Origin: Vicinamibacterales bacterium
GTDB taxonomy: Bacteria; Acidobacteriota; Vicinamibacteria; Vicinamibacterales; CAVVIG01
Assembly: GCA_036557365.1 (NCBI GenBank)
Contig: DATBHR010000094.1
Location: forward strand, 981 to 64,980
Length of the DNA: 64,000 nucleotides
Direction: 5' to 3'
Positions 35,327-44,141 of the stretch are shown piece by piece (the stretch's first letter is position 1; each line of letters starts with the position of its first letter). The notes beneath the pieces are model-generated. The model was given only the letters and a program-made list of their open reading frames with translations. It ran no database searches and was not told the origin of the DNA. The translations under genes and the position numbers were made by a program.

Positions 35327-37614
35327 ATCGCCGCGACTTCCTCAAGACATCCGGCGCGCTCGTCGTCTCCTTCAGCAGTACGCGGCTCGGCGAAGCCGTC
35401 GTCCTCGGCCAGGGACCGTTCGACACGCGCGCATCGCACATCGATCCGAACCTGCTCGACTCCTGGATCGCCGTCGGCACCGACGGCTTGATCACGGCGT
35501 ACACCGGCAAGTGCGAGCTCGGGCAAGGCATCCTCACCGCGCAGGTGCAGCTCGTCGCCGAGGAGCTCTCGGTGCCGGTCGAACGCGTGCACGTCATTCA
35601 GTGCGATACGGCGAGCTGTCCCGACCAGGGCACGACGTCCGGCAGCCAGTCGACGCCGACCAACTTCAACGAACGCAATCTCGGTCAGGCGGCCGCTACG
35701 GCGCGGCAGGCGCTGCTCCGTCTCGCCTCCGAGCGCATGTCGCTGCCGGTGGATCAGCTGATCGCCCGCGACGGCGCCGTCGTCGCGAACTCCGATTCAT
35801 CGAGGCGCGTCACGTACGCGGAGCTGGTAGGCGGACGAACGCTCAACGTCCGCGTCGATGCGGCCGCGCCGCGCAAGTCGCCGAGCGAATGGACGACGCG
35901 TGGGCGCGCGGTCCCGCGGGTGGACATGGTGGCGATGGCGACCGGACAGTTCGAGTTCGTCCACAACGTGCGCGTGCCCGGCATGCTGCACGGCGCGGTC
36001 GTCCGGCCGCCGTCGACGAATGCAACGCTCGAGCACGCGGACGAATCGTCCGTGCAGTCGCTGCCGGGCTTCGTCGCGCTCGTCATCAGGAACAACTTCG
36101 TCGGCATCGTCGCCGAGAAGCCGTGGCAGGCCGCCCAGGCCGCGAAGCAGTTGAAGGCGACGTGGTCCGCGGGTCCCGAGCTGCCTCCAGACGAGCACTT
36201 CTACGAGTGGATGCGCCGGCAGCCCTCGCGCGACGCCTATATCGTGAAGTCCGCCGACGTGGACGCGAAGCTGCGCTCGGCCGCGAGGGTCCTGAAGTCG
36301 ACGTACGTGCACCCGTATCAGATGCACGGATCGATCGGAACGTCGTGCGCCGTCGCGGACGTGAGCAACGGTTCGGCCACCGTCTGGTCGCCGACGCAGT
36401 CGGCATATCCGACGCGCAGCGGCGTCGCGCTCGTGCTCGGCATCCCTGTCGACAAGGTGCGCGTCATCTTCACGCGCGGCGCGGGATGCTACGGCATCAA
36501 CGGCGCCGACACGGTGTCATACGACGCCGCGGTGCTGTCGCAAGCCGTCGGGAAACCGGTCCGCGTCCAGCTTTCGCGCAAAGATGAAATGGCGTGGGAG
36601 AACTACGGCACCGCGTATGTCATCGATCAGCGCATCGGCGTGGACGCCGGCGGAACGATCGTCGCGTGGGACTACGAAGCCTGGCTCCCCACGCGCGGCG
36701 GCCGTCCCGGCTACGACCGGCCCGGCAACGTCGTGACCGGCATGCTGCTCGGGCATGACGCCGTGCCGTTCTCGCCGCAGACCGCACGCGCACCGTCCGG
36801 CGGATTCCGCAACAACAGCAACGCCGCGCCGTCCTATGTCGCCGGTCGCGTGTCGAACAAGTCCGAAGGCGCCGGCGTTGTCACCGGCGAGCGCGTGCTG
36901 ACGCATACCATCGCGTCGCCGTTCTTCACCGGTCCGCTGCGATCGCCGTCGCGCCTGCAGAATACGTTCGCGCACGAATGCTTCCTCGACGAGGTCGCGG
37001 CGAGCATCGGCGCTGATCCGCTCGCCTATCGTCTCCGTCATCTTCGCGACGAGCGGTTGAAGGACGTCGTGAGTGCGGCAGCGAAGGCGGCGAAATGGAG
37101 CGCGAGGCCGTCGCCGCGGCGTGACGCGCCCGCGAGCGGTATCGCGTCCGGCCGCGGGATGTCGTGCGTCGTCTACGAGGGCGACAACGGCTATGTCGCC
37201 ATGGTCGCCGAGGTGGACGTGAACCGGACGACGGGACAGGTGACGGCGCGCCGGTTCTTCGTCGCGCAGGACTGCGGACCGATTTCGAATCCTGACGGCA
37301 TGCGCAATCAAATCGAAGGCGGCACGCTGCAGGGATTGAGCCGGGCGCTCGGCGAAGAAGTCACGTGGGACGAACACGGCGTGACCTCGGTCGACTGGCG
37401 TTCGTATCACAGCCTGCCGCTCGGCATCGAGGTGCCCACGATCGAGAGCGTGTTGATCGACCGGCGTGATGCCGAGGCCACCGGCGCCGGCGAAACCGCG
37501 ATCACGCTCGTCGCGGCGGCCGTCGGCAACGCGATCTTCGACGCGACCGGCGCGCGGATTCGCGAAGTGCCGTTCACCCCGCAGCGCGTGCAGGCAGCGC
37601 TGGCGGCCCACTGA
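35323..37614 (+). CDS. Molybdopterin-binding large subunit (IorB / aldehyde oxidase beta-like), Tat signal
   Basis: ATG 35323 overlaps the small-subunit stop as ATGA. MNRRDFLKTSGALVVSF is a twin-arginine signal. The xanthine-dehydrogenase-family body includes ...GAGCYGINGADT... and GEGGTLQG-type segments. Confidence 0.85.
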   Translation: MNRRDFLKTSGALVVSFSSTRLGEAVVLGQGPFDTRASHIDPNLLDSWIAVGTDGLITAYTGKCELGQGILTAQVQLVAEELSVPVERVHVIQCDTASCPDQGTTSGSQSTPTNFNERNLGQAAATARQALLRLASERMSLPVDQLIARDGAVVANSDSSRRVTYAELVGGRTLNVRVDAAAPRKSPSEWTTRGRAVPRVDMVAMATGQFEFVHNVRVPGMLHGAVVRPPSTNATLEHADESSVQSLPGFVALVIRNNFVGIVAEKPWQAAQAAKQLKATWSAGPELPPDEHFYEWMRRQPSRDAYIVKSADVDAKLRSAARVLKSTYVHPYQMHGSIGTSCAVADVSNGSATVWSPTQSAYPTRSGVALVLGIPVDKVRVIFTRGAGCYGINGADTVSYDAAVLSQAVGKPVRVQLSRKDEMAWENYGTAYVIDQRIGVDAGGTIVAWDYEAWLPTRGGRPGYDRPGNVVTGMLLGHDAVPFSPQTARAPSGGFRNNSNAAPSYVAGRVSNKSEGAGVVTGERVLTHTIASPFFTGPLRSPSRLQNTFAHECFLDEVAASIGADPLAYRLRHLRDERLKDVVSAAAKAAKWSARPSPRRDAPASGIASGRGMSCVVYEGDNGYVAMVAEVDVNRTTGQVTARRFFVAQDCGPISNPDGMRNQIEGGTLQGLSRALGEEVTWDEHGVTSVDWRSYHSLPLGIEVPTIESVLIDRRDAEATGAGETAITLVAAAVGNAIFDATGARIREVPFTPQRVQAALAAH

Positions 37615-37624
37615 TCGGATTCGC

Positions 37625-38038
37625 ATGGACACTCCCGAGCGCTTCGAGCAGCTGATCGCGTATCTCGAATCGAACCTGCCCGAGCCTGCCGAATGGCATC
37701 AGCACGCCGACGGCACACTCCAGTTCATCAGCGGCGACCCTCCCGGCGTCATCGTCTGGCTGACGGAGACGAGTGTCGTCGTCTCGCACTTTGCGGTCGT
37801 CGGCGACACACGGATCGGGCTGGAGTCGAAGCCGCGACGCGTCGGCCTTCTCAAGTGGCGACGTCTGCCTGAGACCGCGCTCTTCAATACGCTCAGCGCG
37901 CTCTTGAAGGGCGCGCGCGAAGCGCGTGCGGCGCTCTTCCAAATCTGCGAGGTATGCGGGCGAAGCACGCCCCCGGAACGGTTGCGGATGGACACCATCT
38001 GCGACGACTGCGCCGAGGACGAGCTCCGGATTCACTGA
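37625..38038 (+). CDS. Hypothetical protein with C-terminal CxxC...CxxC zinc-ribbon (137 aa)
   Basis: MDTPERFEQLIAYLESNLPEPAEWHQHADGTLQF...FQICEVCGRSTPPERLRMDTICDDCAEDELRIH. Starts 10 nt after the IorB-like stop. No family recognised. Confidence 0.5.
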   Translation: MDTPERFEQLIAYLESNLPEPAEWHQHADGTLQFISGDPPGVIVWLTETSVVVSHFAVVGDTRIGLESKPRRVGLLKWRRLPETALFNTLSALLKGAREARAALFQICEVCGRSTPPERLRMDTICDDCAEDELRIH

Positions 38039-38102
38039 CGGTACCGCCGAGCTTGCGCTCTGCCTCAGCCGGTCTTAGATTCAGCGCTGGAGGCACCCAC
38101 CC

Positions 38103-38252
38103 ATGGCCGACAACCAGAAATGCGCACACCCGGCCTGCAGCTGCACCGTCATCAAAGGCGGCGAATGGGGTAAATACTGCAGCGAAATCTGCAAAGAAAA
38201 GGGGCAGCAGACAGAACTGCGCTGCGAGTGTCGCCACCCGGCGTGCGCGTAG
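38103..38252 (+). CDS. 49-aa Cys/His-rich micro-protein (metallothionein-like / metal-binding candidate)
   Basis: Hand translation gives MADNQKCAHPACSCTVIKGGEWGKYCSEICKEKGQQTELRCECRHPACA*, with 8 Cys and 2 His. Terminal motifs CAHPAC and CRHPAC mirror each other. GGAGG at 38089-38093 lies 9 nt upstream of the ATG. It is below the ORF-track length cut-off. Confidence 0.5.
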   Translation: MADNQKCAHPACSCTVIKGGEWGKYCSEICKEKGQQTELRCECRHPACA

Positions 38253-38318
38253 CCCGCGCACGAGACGCGTCTCCGGCTCAGATACGGTACGAGTCCTGCT
38301 AGTGCTACGTTCGTAGCG

Positions 38319-39980
38319 GTGAGACACGTTCGGGTCTGGATCTGGGGAATTGTCGGCGTCGCAGCCGCCTTCGCGATTGCGACGATGGTGGTCCTGTCGG
38401 CCGTCCCGCTGCGATCGGAAACGCTGAAGTCGCGCATCGTGGAGACGCTGTCCGATCGGCTGGACAGCGACGTGGTCCTCGACGATCTCACGTTGCGCGT
38501 GTTTCCGCGGCTCCATGCGGAAGCTACGGGACTGAGCATCAGGCGCCGCGGCGCCGGCAACGCGGCGCCGCTCATCTCGATCAAGACCTTCGTCGTGGAC
38601 GCCGATCTCCTCGGCGTCTGGCGCCGGCACGTGGCGCATGTCGGCGTCGGCGGCCTCGTCATCTCAATTCCGCCGAAGGACGACGCGGACGCTCACAAGA
38701 ACGACGACGAGCGAAAGCGCCCGCACCGGCTCCACGATGGCCGCGGACGACCAGTCGCGGATCCACCGGCGCCGGATTCACCGCCCGCGAACGCCGACGC
38801 TAAGAAGGAAGCCGCAAAATCCGGCCACGGCGGCCCGACCGAGGTCGTCATCGACGTGCTCGACGCCAGCGACGCAAAGCTCGTGATCGTCCCGCGCGAG
38901 TCGAATCGTGTTCCGAAAGTCTGGGCGATTCACCAGCTGCGGATGCGTCGCCTCAGCGCGTTCGAGTCGATGCCGTACGAGGCGACGCTGACCAACGGCG
39001 TCCCACCGGGCGAGATCAAGACATCCGGCGACTTCGGCCCGTGGAATCGCGACGACCCGGGCGCGACGCCGCTCAACGGAACGTTCACCTTCGACAACGC
39101 CGACCTCAGCGTCTTCAACGGCATCGCGGGCACGCTGTCGTCGAAGGGTTCCTTCGACGGATCGCTCGGCTGGATCGACGTCAACGGCGAGACCGACACG
39201 CCGAACTTCGTCATCCAGGTCGGCGGCCACCCGTTTCCGCTCCACACGAAATACCACTCCATCGTGGACGGCACGAACGGCGACACGCGTCTCGAACGGA
39301 TCGACGCGCAGTTCCTGAAGTCGTCGCTCGTCGCGAAAGGCGCCGTCCTCGACGGGCCGCCCGGACAGGACGGCCGCACGGTGACGCTCGACGTCGACAT
39401 GCAGAAGGCGCGCATCGAGGACATCATGCATATGGCGGTCAAGACGACGCCGGCGCCGCTCGTCGGCGGGTTGAAGCTCACGACGAAGTTCCTGCTGCCG
39501 CCCGGCAAGAAGGATGTCGTCGATCGATTGCAGCTGAATGGCCACTTCCAGATTTCGTCCGCGAAGTTCAGCGACCCGACGGTGCAGAGCAAGATCCTCG
39601 AGCTCAGTCGGCGCGGGCGCGGCAAGGTGAACGACACGGCCCGCGAGCAGGTCGCGTCCGACTTCCGCGGCCGCTTCATCCTCGGCGGCGGTCAGCTGCA
39701 GCTGCCGGAGCTGGCGTTTGCGGTCCCCGGCGCGCAGGTGCGGCTGGCCGGAAAGTACGGCCTGAAGTCCGAGCAGATGCAGTTCGCGGGAAACCTGCTG
39801 CTCGACGCGAAGATTTCGCAGACCGTCACCGGCTTCAAGTCGGTCCTTCTGAAGATCGTCGATCCGCTTTTCGGCAGACCCGGAGGCGGCAGCTCCATCC
39901 CAATCAAGATCGAAGGCTCGCGGACGAATCCCAAGTTCGGCCTCGATTTCGGCCGCGTGTTCAAAGGCGACGGCAAGTAA
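38319..39980 (+). CDS. AsmA-like / DUF748-like envelope protein with N-terminal anchor
   Basis: 553 aa, GTG start, N-terminal TM IWGIVGVAAAFAIATMVVL, and long beta-rich repeats with LxLxxxxGxL patterns like the AsmA/TamB family. Tentative. Confidence 0.5.
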   Translation: MRHVRVWIWGIVGVAAAFAIATMVVLSAVPLRSETLKSRIVETLSDRLDSDVVLDDLTLRVFPRLHAEATGLSIRRRGAGNAAPLISIKTFVVDADLLGVWRRHVAHVGVGGLVISIPPKDDADAHKNDDERKRPHRLHDGRGRPVADPPAPDSPPANADAKKEAAKSGHGGPTEVVIDVLDASDAKLVIVPRESNRVPKVWAIHQLRMRRLSAFESMPYEATLTNGVPPGEIKTSGDFGPWNRDDPGATPLNGTFTFDNADLSVFNGIAGTLSSKGSFDGSLGWIDVNGETDTPNFVIQVGGHPFPLHTKYHSIVDGTNGDTRLERIDAQFLKSSLVAKGAVLDGPPGQDGRTVTLDVDMQKARIEDIMHMAVKTTPAPLVGGLKLTTKFLLPPGKKDVVDRLQLNGHFQISSAKFSDPTVQSKILELSRRGRGKVNDTAREQVASDFRGRFILGGGQLQLPELAFAVPGAQVRLAGKYGLKSEQMQFAGNLLLDAKISQTVTGFKSVLLKIVDPLFGRPGGGSSIPIKIEGSRTNPKFGLDFGRVFKGDGK

Positions 39981-40020
39981 CGGTCGTTCGCACGCGATGC
40001 CGGCCGGATTACGATAGCCG

Positions 40021-40888
40021 CGTGTTGAGTCCCGTCGCCTGGCTGGCGATTTCCTGGCTCGGCGCCGCCGTCGTCATGATGCTTCTCTGGGTGTGGTCCA
40101 GCCGCTCGCGGAGCAGCGTCGATGCCGCTCGCGCCGGCTGCACTGCGCTGACAGGCGCGTTAGCCGTCGTGTACGCGACACAGCTTGACGGCATGGTCGG
40201 ACGCCGGCTGGCAATCGCGTCGATGGTGGCGTCCTGGTGCGCATGGCGCCTCGTCTACATCGTCTACGCGCGGATGTTCGTCGAGGGTTCGCCTGAGGGA
40301 TCTGCAACCCCGACGCGCGAACGTCCAGGTCGAGTGTCACCGCTCGCGTCGTTTCAGGCGTTCGCCGCGGTCGCAGTGGTGTTGTCGCTCCCGGCGCTCG
40401 TCGCCAGCACGAACGGCGATCCCGATTTCTCGCTGCTGGAGCTTGCCGGCGCGGCGCTGTGGCTCGCAGCGTTCGCCGGAGCCTCGACCGCCGATCGTCA
40501 GCTACTGCATTTCAGGAGCGACCCGGAGCACGCCGGCCAGGTGTGCGCCGTCGGACTGTGGAAGTACTCGAGACATCCGGATGCGTTCTGCGACTCGCTG
40601 CTGTGGACATCGATCGCGCTCTTCGCATGCGCCTCGCCGTGGGGGATTGCGACGATCGCCTCTCCGCTGGTCGTCCTTTTCCTGATCTTCAGGCGCGCCG
40701 GGATCCGCGCTGCGGACGAGGAGCTGCTTCAGAAATTCGGCGGTGTGTACGCGGCGTACCGAGACACGACGTCGGCGTTCATTCCGTGGCCGCCGAAGAC
40801 TGCCGCACACGTCGAGACCGCGCCATCCTCGGCCGGGTCTCCGGCGTCACCAGCGTCACCGGCGCCATCGTCAACGGAGGCTCCGTAA
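40021..40888 (+). CDS. DUF1295 / steroid-5-alpha-reductase-like membrane protein
   Basis: GTG 40021 inside track ORF 39041..40888. Polytopic, with GLWKYSRHPDAFCDSLLW matching the DUF1295 YSRHPNY motif. Has a low-complexity PASPASPAP tail. Confidence 0.7.
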
Positions 40889-41431
40889 GTACGCGCGGTG
40901 CTGACGATAGTCGGGGCACGCCTGCTCCACCAGCTTCCAGAATTTCCGTGAGTGATCGAGCCGCTTCAGGTGCATGAGTTCGTGGATGAGGACGTAGTCG
41001 CGCACCGCGGGCGGGACCGCGACTAACCGCCAGTTGAGACAGATGTGGCCGCTCGGCGAGCACGAGCCCCATCGCCATTTCTGGTTGCGGATGCTGATGC
41101 GGCTGACGTTGAGCCGATGGACGCGCGCGAGCTCGAGCAACCGCTCGGGAAGTTCGCGTGTTGCGCGTGCCCGCAGCGGGCCGTCCGCCGGTCGCCAGAT
41201 CTCGTGCCGGCGCTGCTGATGCCGGTCGCGCTCTTTCGCGATCCACGCGGCCTCGCTCGCGACGAACTCGAGGGCGCCGCGCTTCGATCCCCATCTAGGA
41301 ATCGTGACGCGGACCCTTCCGTCATCCGTCAAGCGAATCACGTAGCGCTTCGCTCGCGGGTGGCGCACGAGCAGCGGCGCGTCCGCGGACGGGTCAACCG
41401 GTTCGGTGTCGAACGGCAGCGACGCCTGCAT
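40871..41431 (-). CDS. YgjP-like (DUF45, M48-related) metal-dependent hydrolase
   Basis: 186 aa. RAKRYVIRLTDDGRVRVTIPRWGS...QKWRWGSCSPSGHICLNWRL...YVLIHELMHLKRLDHSRKFWKLV (HExxH). The ATG shares one nt with the GIY-YIG stop (TGATG). Confidence 0.8.
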   Translation of the reverse strand: MQASLPFDTEPVDPSADAPLLVRHPRAKRYVIRLTDDGRVRVTIPRWGSKRGALEFVASEAAWIAKERDRHQQRRHEIWRPADGPLRARATRELPERLLELARVHRLNVSRISIRNQKWRWGSCSPSGHICLNWRLVAVPPAVRDYVLIHELMHLKRLDHSRKFWKLVEQACPDYRQHRAYLRSLR

Positions 41432-41766
41432 CAGTGGCCGCCGTAGACCACGAACCCGCGCTTGCGCAGGCTGTCCGCCAGCATGGCTTCCATGTCTTTC
41501 GCTTTGGCGTACGGCATCGGATTCAGATGACGGTAGAGCCGCGGCACGAGGCGGACGCCGAATTTCCGGACGACACGGGCCGCCTTGACGCCGGCCTTGT
41601 GATTCTCGAAGCGCTGCTCGGGCGACAGGCCGGTCATGCCGACATAGTAGGCCGCCTTGCCGTCGCCTTTGGGATTCCGGAGAAAGACCACGTACACGTG
41701 GTGATGATCGCGGGTGGGCGGCTCAGACGCGCTCGATTTCTTCTTCGTCGGTGAACGGGAGGCCAT
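41431..41766 (-). CDS. Small stand-alone GIY-YIG nuclease-superfamily protein
   Basis: HVYVVFLRNPKGDGKAAYYVGMTGLSPEQRFENHK fits GIY(x10-13)YIG...R..H. ATG 41766 overlaps the rmuC 3' end by 44 nt. An in-frame GTG at 41697 would give an 88-aa protein starting VYVVFL with no overlap. Confidence 0.6.
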   Translation of the reverse strand: MASRSPTKKKSSASEPPTRDHHHVYVVFLRNPKGDGKAAYYVGMTGLSPEQRFENHKAGVKAARVVRKFGVRLVPRLYRHLNPMPYAKAKDMEAMLADSLRKRGFVVYGGH

Positions 41767-43048
41767 CGGTCAGTTCCGGCGCCTGCAGCATGCGCGGCAC
41801 GCGATCGATCGGCTCGAGCGCCTTGATTTCTTCGCCGCCGTTGGCGCTCTGCAGCTCGCGGAACTTGCGCGCCTTGACGAGCACGTTGCCTTCGAGTGAG
41901 CCAACGGCGTCATTGTACGCCTCGAGGCTGGACTTGAGGCGGCCGCCCAGCGTGTCGAAGCGGGCGCCCAGCGTGCGGACCGACTCGTACAACGCCTTGC
42001 CGAGCTCGCTGATCTTCCGCGCGTTCTCTTCCATCGCCTCCTGCTGCCAGCCGTAGGCCACTGCGCGCAGCAGCGCGATCAATGTCGTCGGGCTCGCCGG
42101 GATGACGCGCTTGTCCACGCCGAACTCGATGAGGGTGGGATCCTGCTCGAGCGCGGCGCTGAAGAACATCTCGCCCGGCAGGAACATGACGACGAAATCG
42201 GGCGTCGCGGGCACTTTGTCGAAGTACGCCTTGCTCGACAGCTGCGACATGTGCACCCGGACCTGTCGCGCGTGATCGGCAAGCAGCTTCTGCCGCGCGT
42301 CCTCGTCCGGCGCTTCGAGCGCACGAAGATACGCGTCGAGCGGCACCTTCGCGTCTACCACGATGTGCTTGCCGCCCGGCAGGTTGACGACCACGTCCGG
42401 CCGGATGCGTCCGTTGTCGGTGGCGATCGTCTCCTGCTCGGTGAAGTGGCAGTGTTCGAGCATGCCGGCGAGCTCGACGACGCGCTTCAACTGCAGCTCG
42501 CCCCAGCGTCCGCGGACGCCCGGCCGCTTCAACGCGTCCACGAGCCGCTGGGTCTGGCCGCGCAGGTCCTGCCCCACCGCATCGAGCGCCGCGATCTTCG
42601 CGACGAGCGTGGCGCCGTTCTCGATCCGGCGGCGTTCGCTCTCCTTGATCTCCTTGTCCACCTGCTCGAGCGTCTTCGCCATCGGCGTCAGAAGCTCCTC
42701 GATCGACCGCTTCCGCGCGTCCATATCGGCGGTCGCTTCGGTGCGCGCCTGCTGAAGCTTCGTCTGCGCCAGAGCCAGGAACTGTTCGTTGTTGCTGCGC
42801 AACGCTTCGGTGCTGAGCGCGCTGAACGTGTCGCGGAGCCTGGCGTCGGCGTCCTGCAGCGCGTTCAGCCGCTCCGCGTGGACCGCGCGTTCCTTCTCGA
42901 TCTCCTTCGCATGAAACGCGTGCGCGTTGTCGAGCTCCGCCTTCAGACGCGCTTTCGCAGGCGCCGAGGCGAGCCAGCCCACGAGCGCGCCCAGAGCGAG
43001 GACGACGATGAGAGTACTGATGAGGAAAACGGGATCGATGGCCGACAT
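41723..43048 (-). CDS. rmuC: DNA recombination protein RmuC
   Basis: 441 aa with an N-terminal TM anchor and a long coiled coil. The C-terminal domain carries ...RPDVVVNLPGGKHIVVDAKVPL...FVVMFLPGE...A, typical of the RmuC family. Confidence 0.85.
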   Translation of the reverse strand: MSAIDPVFLISTLIVVLALGALVGWLASAPAKARLKAELDNAHAFHAKEIEKERAVHAERLNALQDADARLRDTFSALSTEALRSNNEQFLALAQTKLQQARTEATADMDARKRSIEELLTPMAKTLEQVDKEIKESERRRIENGATLVAKIAALDAVGQDLRGQTQRLVDALKRPGVRGRWGELQLKRVVELAGMLEHCHFTEQETIATDNGRIRPDVVVNLPGGKHIVVDAKVPLDAYLRALEAPDEDARQKLLADHARQVRVHMSQLSSKAYFDKVPATPDFVVMFLPGEMFFSAALEQDPTLIEFGVDKRVIPASPTTLIALLRAVAYGWQQEAMEENARKISELGKALYESVRTLGARFDTLGGRLKSSLEAYNDAVGSLEGNVLVKARKFRELQSANGGEEIKALEPIDRVPRMLQAPELTDGLPFTDEEEIERV

Positions 43049-43060
43049 TGTACCGCGGCT

Positions 43061-43591
43061 TCAGCGCCCCACGACGAACGGAAGCCACGACTCCGGCAGC
43101 TGCAGCTCCGCGGCGTGCACCGCTTCGAAGATGGCGCGCGCGCTGCCCGCGAGGCGGCGCGCACGCAGACCGGCCGCGATCGTCTGCAACGCGTGGCGCG
43201 CTTCGATCTGGGCCCGGCGGCGTGCGAGCACCGGCGCCGGCGTTGCCGAGCGCGCGGCCGCGCGCTCGTTCTTCAAGCGTTCGAGCCGCGGCCGGTTGAC
43301 CGGCTCGAACGGCAGCTGCGCCTGAAACCGCGCGGCCGACGCCGTCTCGAGTTCCCCCGCGGCGCGAATCGCGCGCTCGCGCTCGAGGTCTGCGCGATAA
43401 CACTGGAAACACAGCGTTCGGCCGACGCCCATGCCGCGGCTGCCGGCCTTTCGTCCGCGGCCGCGGAACGCCGCTGCCTTGAGCGCGTCGCGGCAGGCCG
43501 GACAGAGCGCTTTCGGGCGCCTGCCCTCGAGCTCGCCGCCAGGAAATGCCATCCAGTCTTGTTCGCGATGTTCAGCCTGTTTCTGCCCCAT
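43061..43591 (-). CDS. Hypothetical Arg/Ala-rich protein with two CxxC pairs (176 aa)
   Basis: ...ALCPACRDALKAAAFRGRGRKAGSRGMGVGRTLCFQCYRADLERE... is followed by a basic helical region. Its stop lies 12 nt upstream of the rmuC start. No family recognised. Confidence 0.5.
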   Translation of the reverse strand: MGQKQAEHREQDWMAFPGGELEGRRPKALCPACRDALKAAAFRGRGRKAGSRGMGVGRTLCFQCYRADLERERAIRAAGELETASAARFQAQLPFEPVNRPRLERLKNERAAARSATPAPVLARRRAQIEARHALQTIAAGLRARRLAGSARAIFEAVHAAELQLPESWLPFVVGR

Positions 43592-43610
43592 GGAAGCAGG
43601 ATAGGCCGGG

Positions 43611-43633
43611 GGTGTGACAGGCTAGGTCACACC
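43611..43633. repeat. Perfect 8-bp inverted repeat with 7-nt spacer, between the ProX stop and the CxxC-protein start
   Basis: ggtgtgac-aggctag-gtcacacc read directly. The function (operator, attenuator or terminator hairpin) is unknown. Confidence 0.6.
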
Positions 43634-43640
43634 TGCGCGT

Positions 43641-44141
43641 CTAGATGGTCACGTACTGGACGAGATTGCCTTGAACCTCGAGGAATCTGGCGAAATCCGG
43701 CGCCGAAATGACGAGGGTGGCGGTATTGACGTTCGGGTGAAAGGACAGCCGGCTGGCCTGCTTCAAATCGCGGTCGAGGACGACCCGGACGACCCGCTGC
43801 GCATCGTTGATCAGGCCGAACGGCGAGACTGATCCCGGTCCGAGCCCGAGATACTTCATCAGGCGTTCCGGCGACGCAAAGCTGAGCTTACCGTCGCCGA
43901 TCTGGTCGGCCACCGCACGCAGGTCGGCTCTCTTCGTGTGCAGGAGCACGACGAGGTAGTGGCGATCGCCTTTCTGATTCCGCAGGAACAGGTTCTTGCA
44001 GTGCGTCGCGTCGATCTCCGACCAGTGCTGAAGCGCATCCTCCACCGTCGGAATCGGTGGATGCGTGTGCCGCTCGTACGCGATGCCCAGCGCGGTCAAC
44101 TTCTCGAGAACCGCGGCCTCGCGGTTCTCGTGGTCATTCAC
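43641..44141 (-). CDS. YbaK/ProX-family aminoacyl-tRNA trans-editing (deacylase) domain protein
   Basis: 166 aa. HCKNLFLRNQKGDRHYLVVLLHTKRADLRAVA...LGLGPGSVSPFGLIND matches the prolyl-tRNA-synthetase-associated domain. GTG 44139-44141 overlaps the nuclease stop as GTGA. Confidence 0.8.
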   Translation of the reverse strand: MNDHENREAAVLEKLTALGIAYERHTHPPIPTVEDALQHWSEIDATHCKNLFLRNQKGDRHYLVVLLHTKRADLRAVADQIGDGKLSFASPERLMKYLGLGPGSVSPFGLINDAQRVVRVVLDRDLKQASRLSFHPNVNTATLVISAPDFARFLEVQGNLVQYVTI

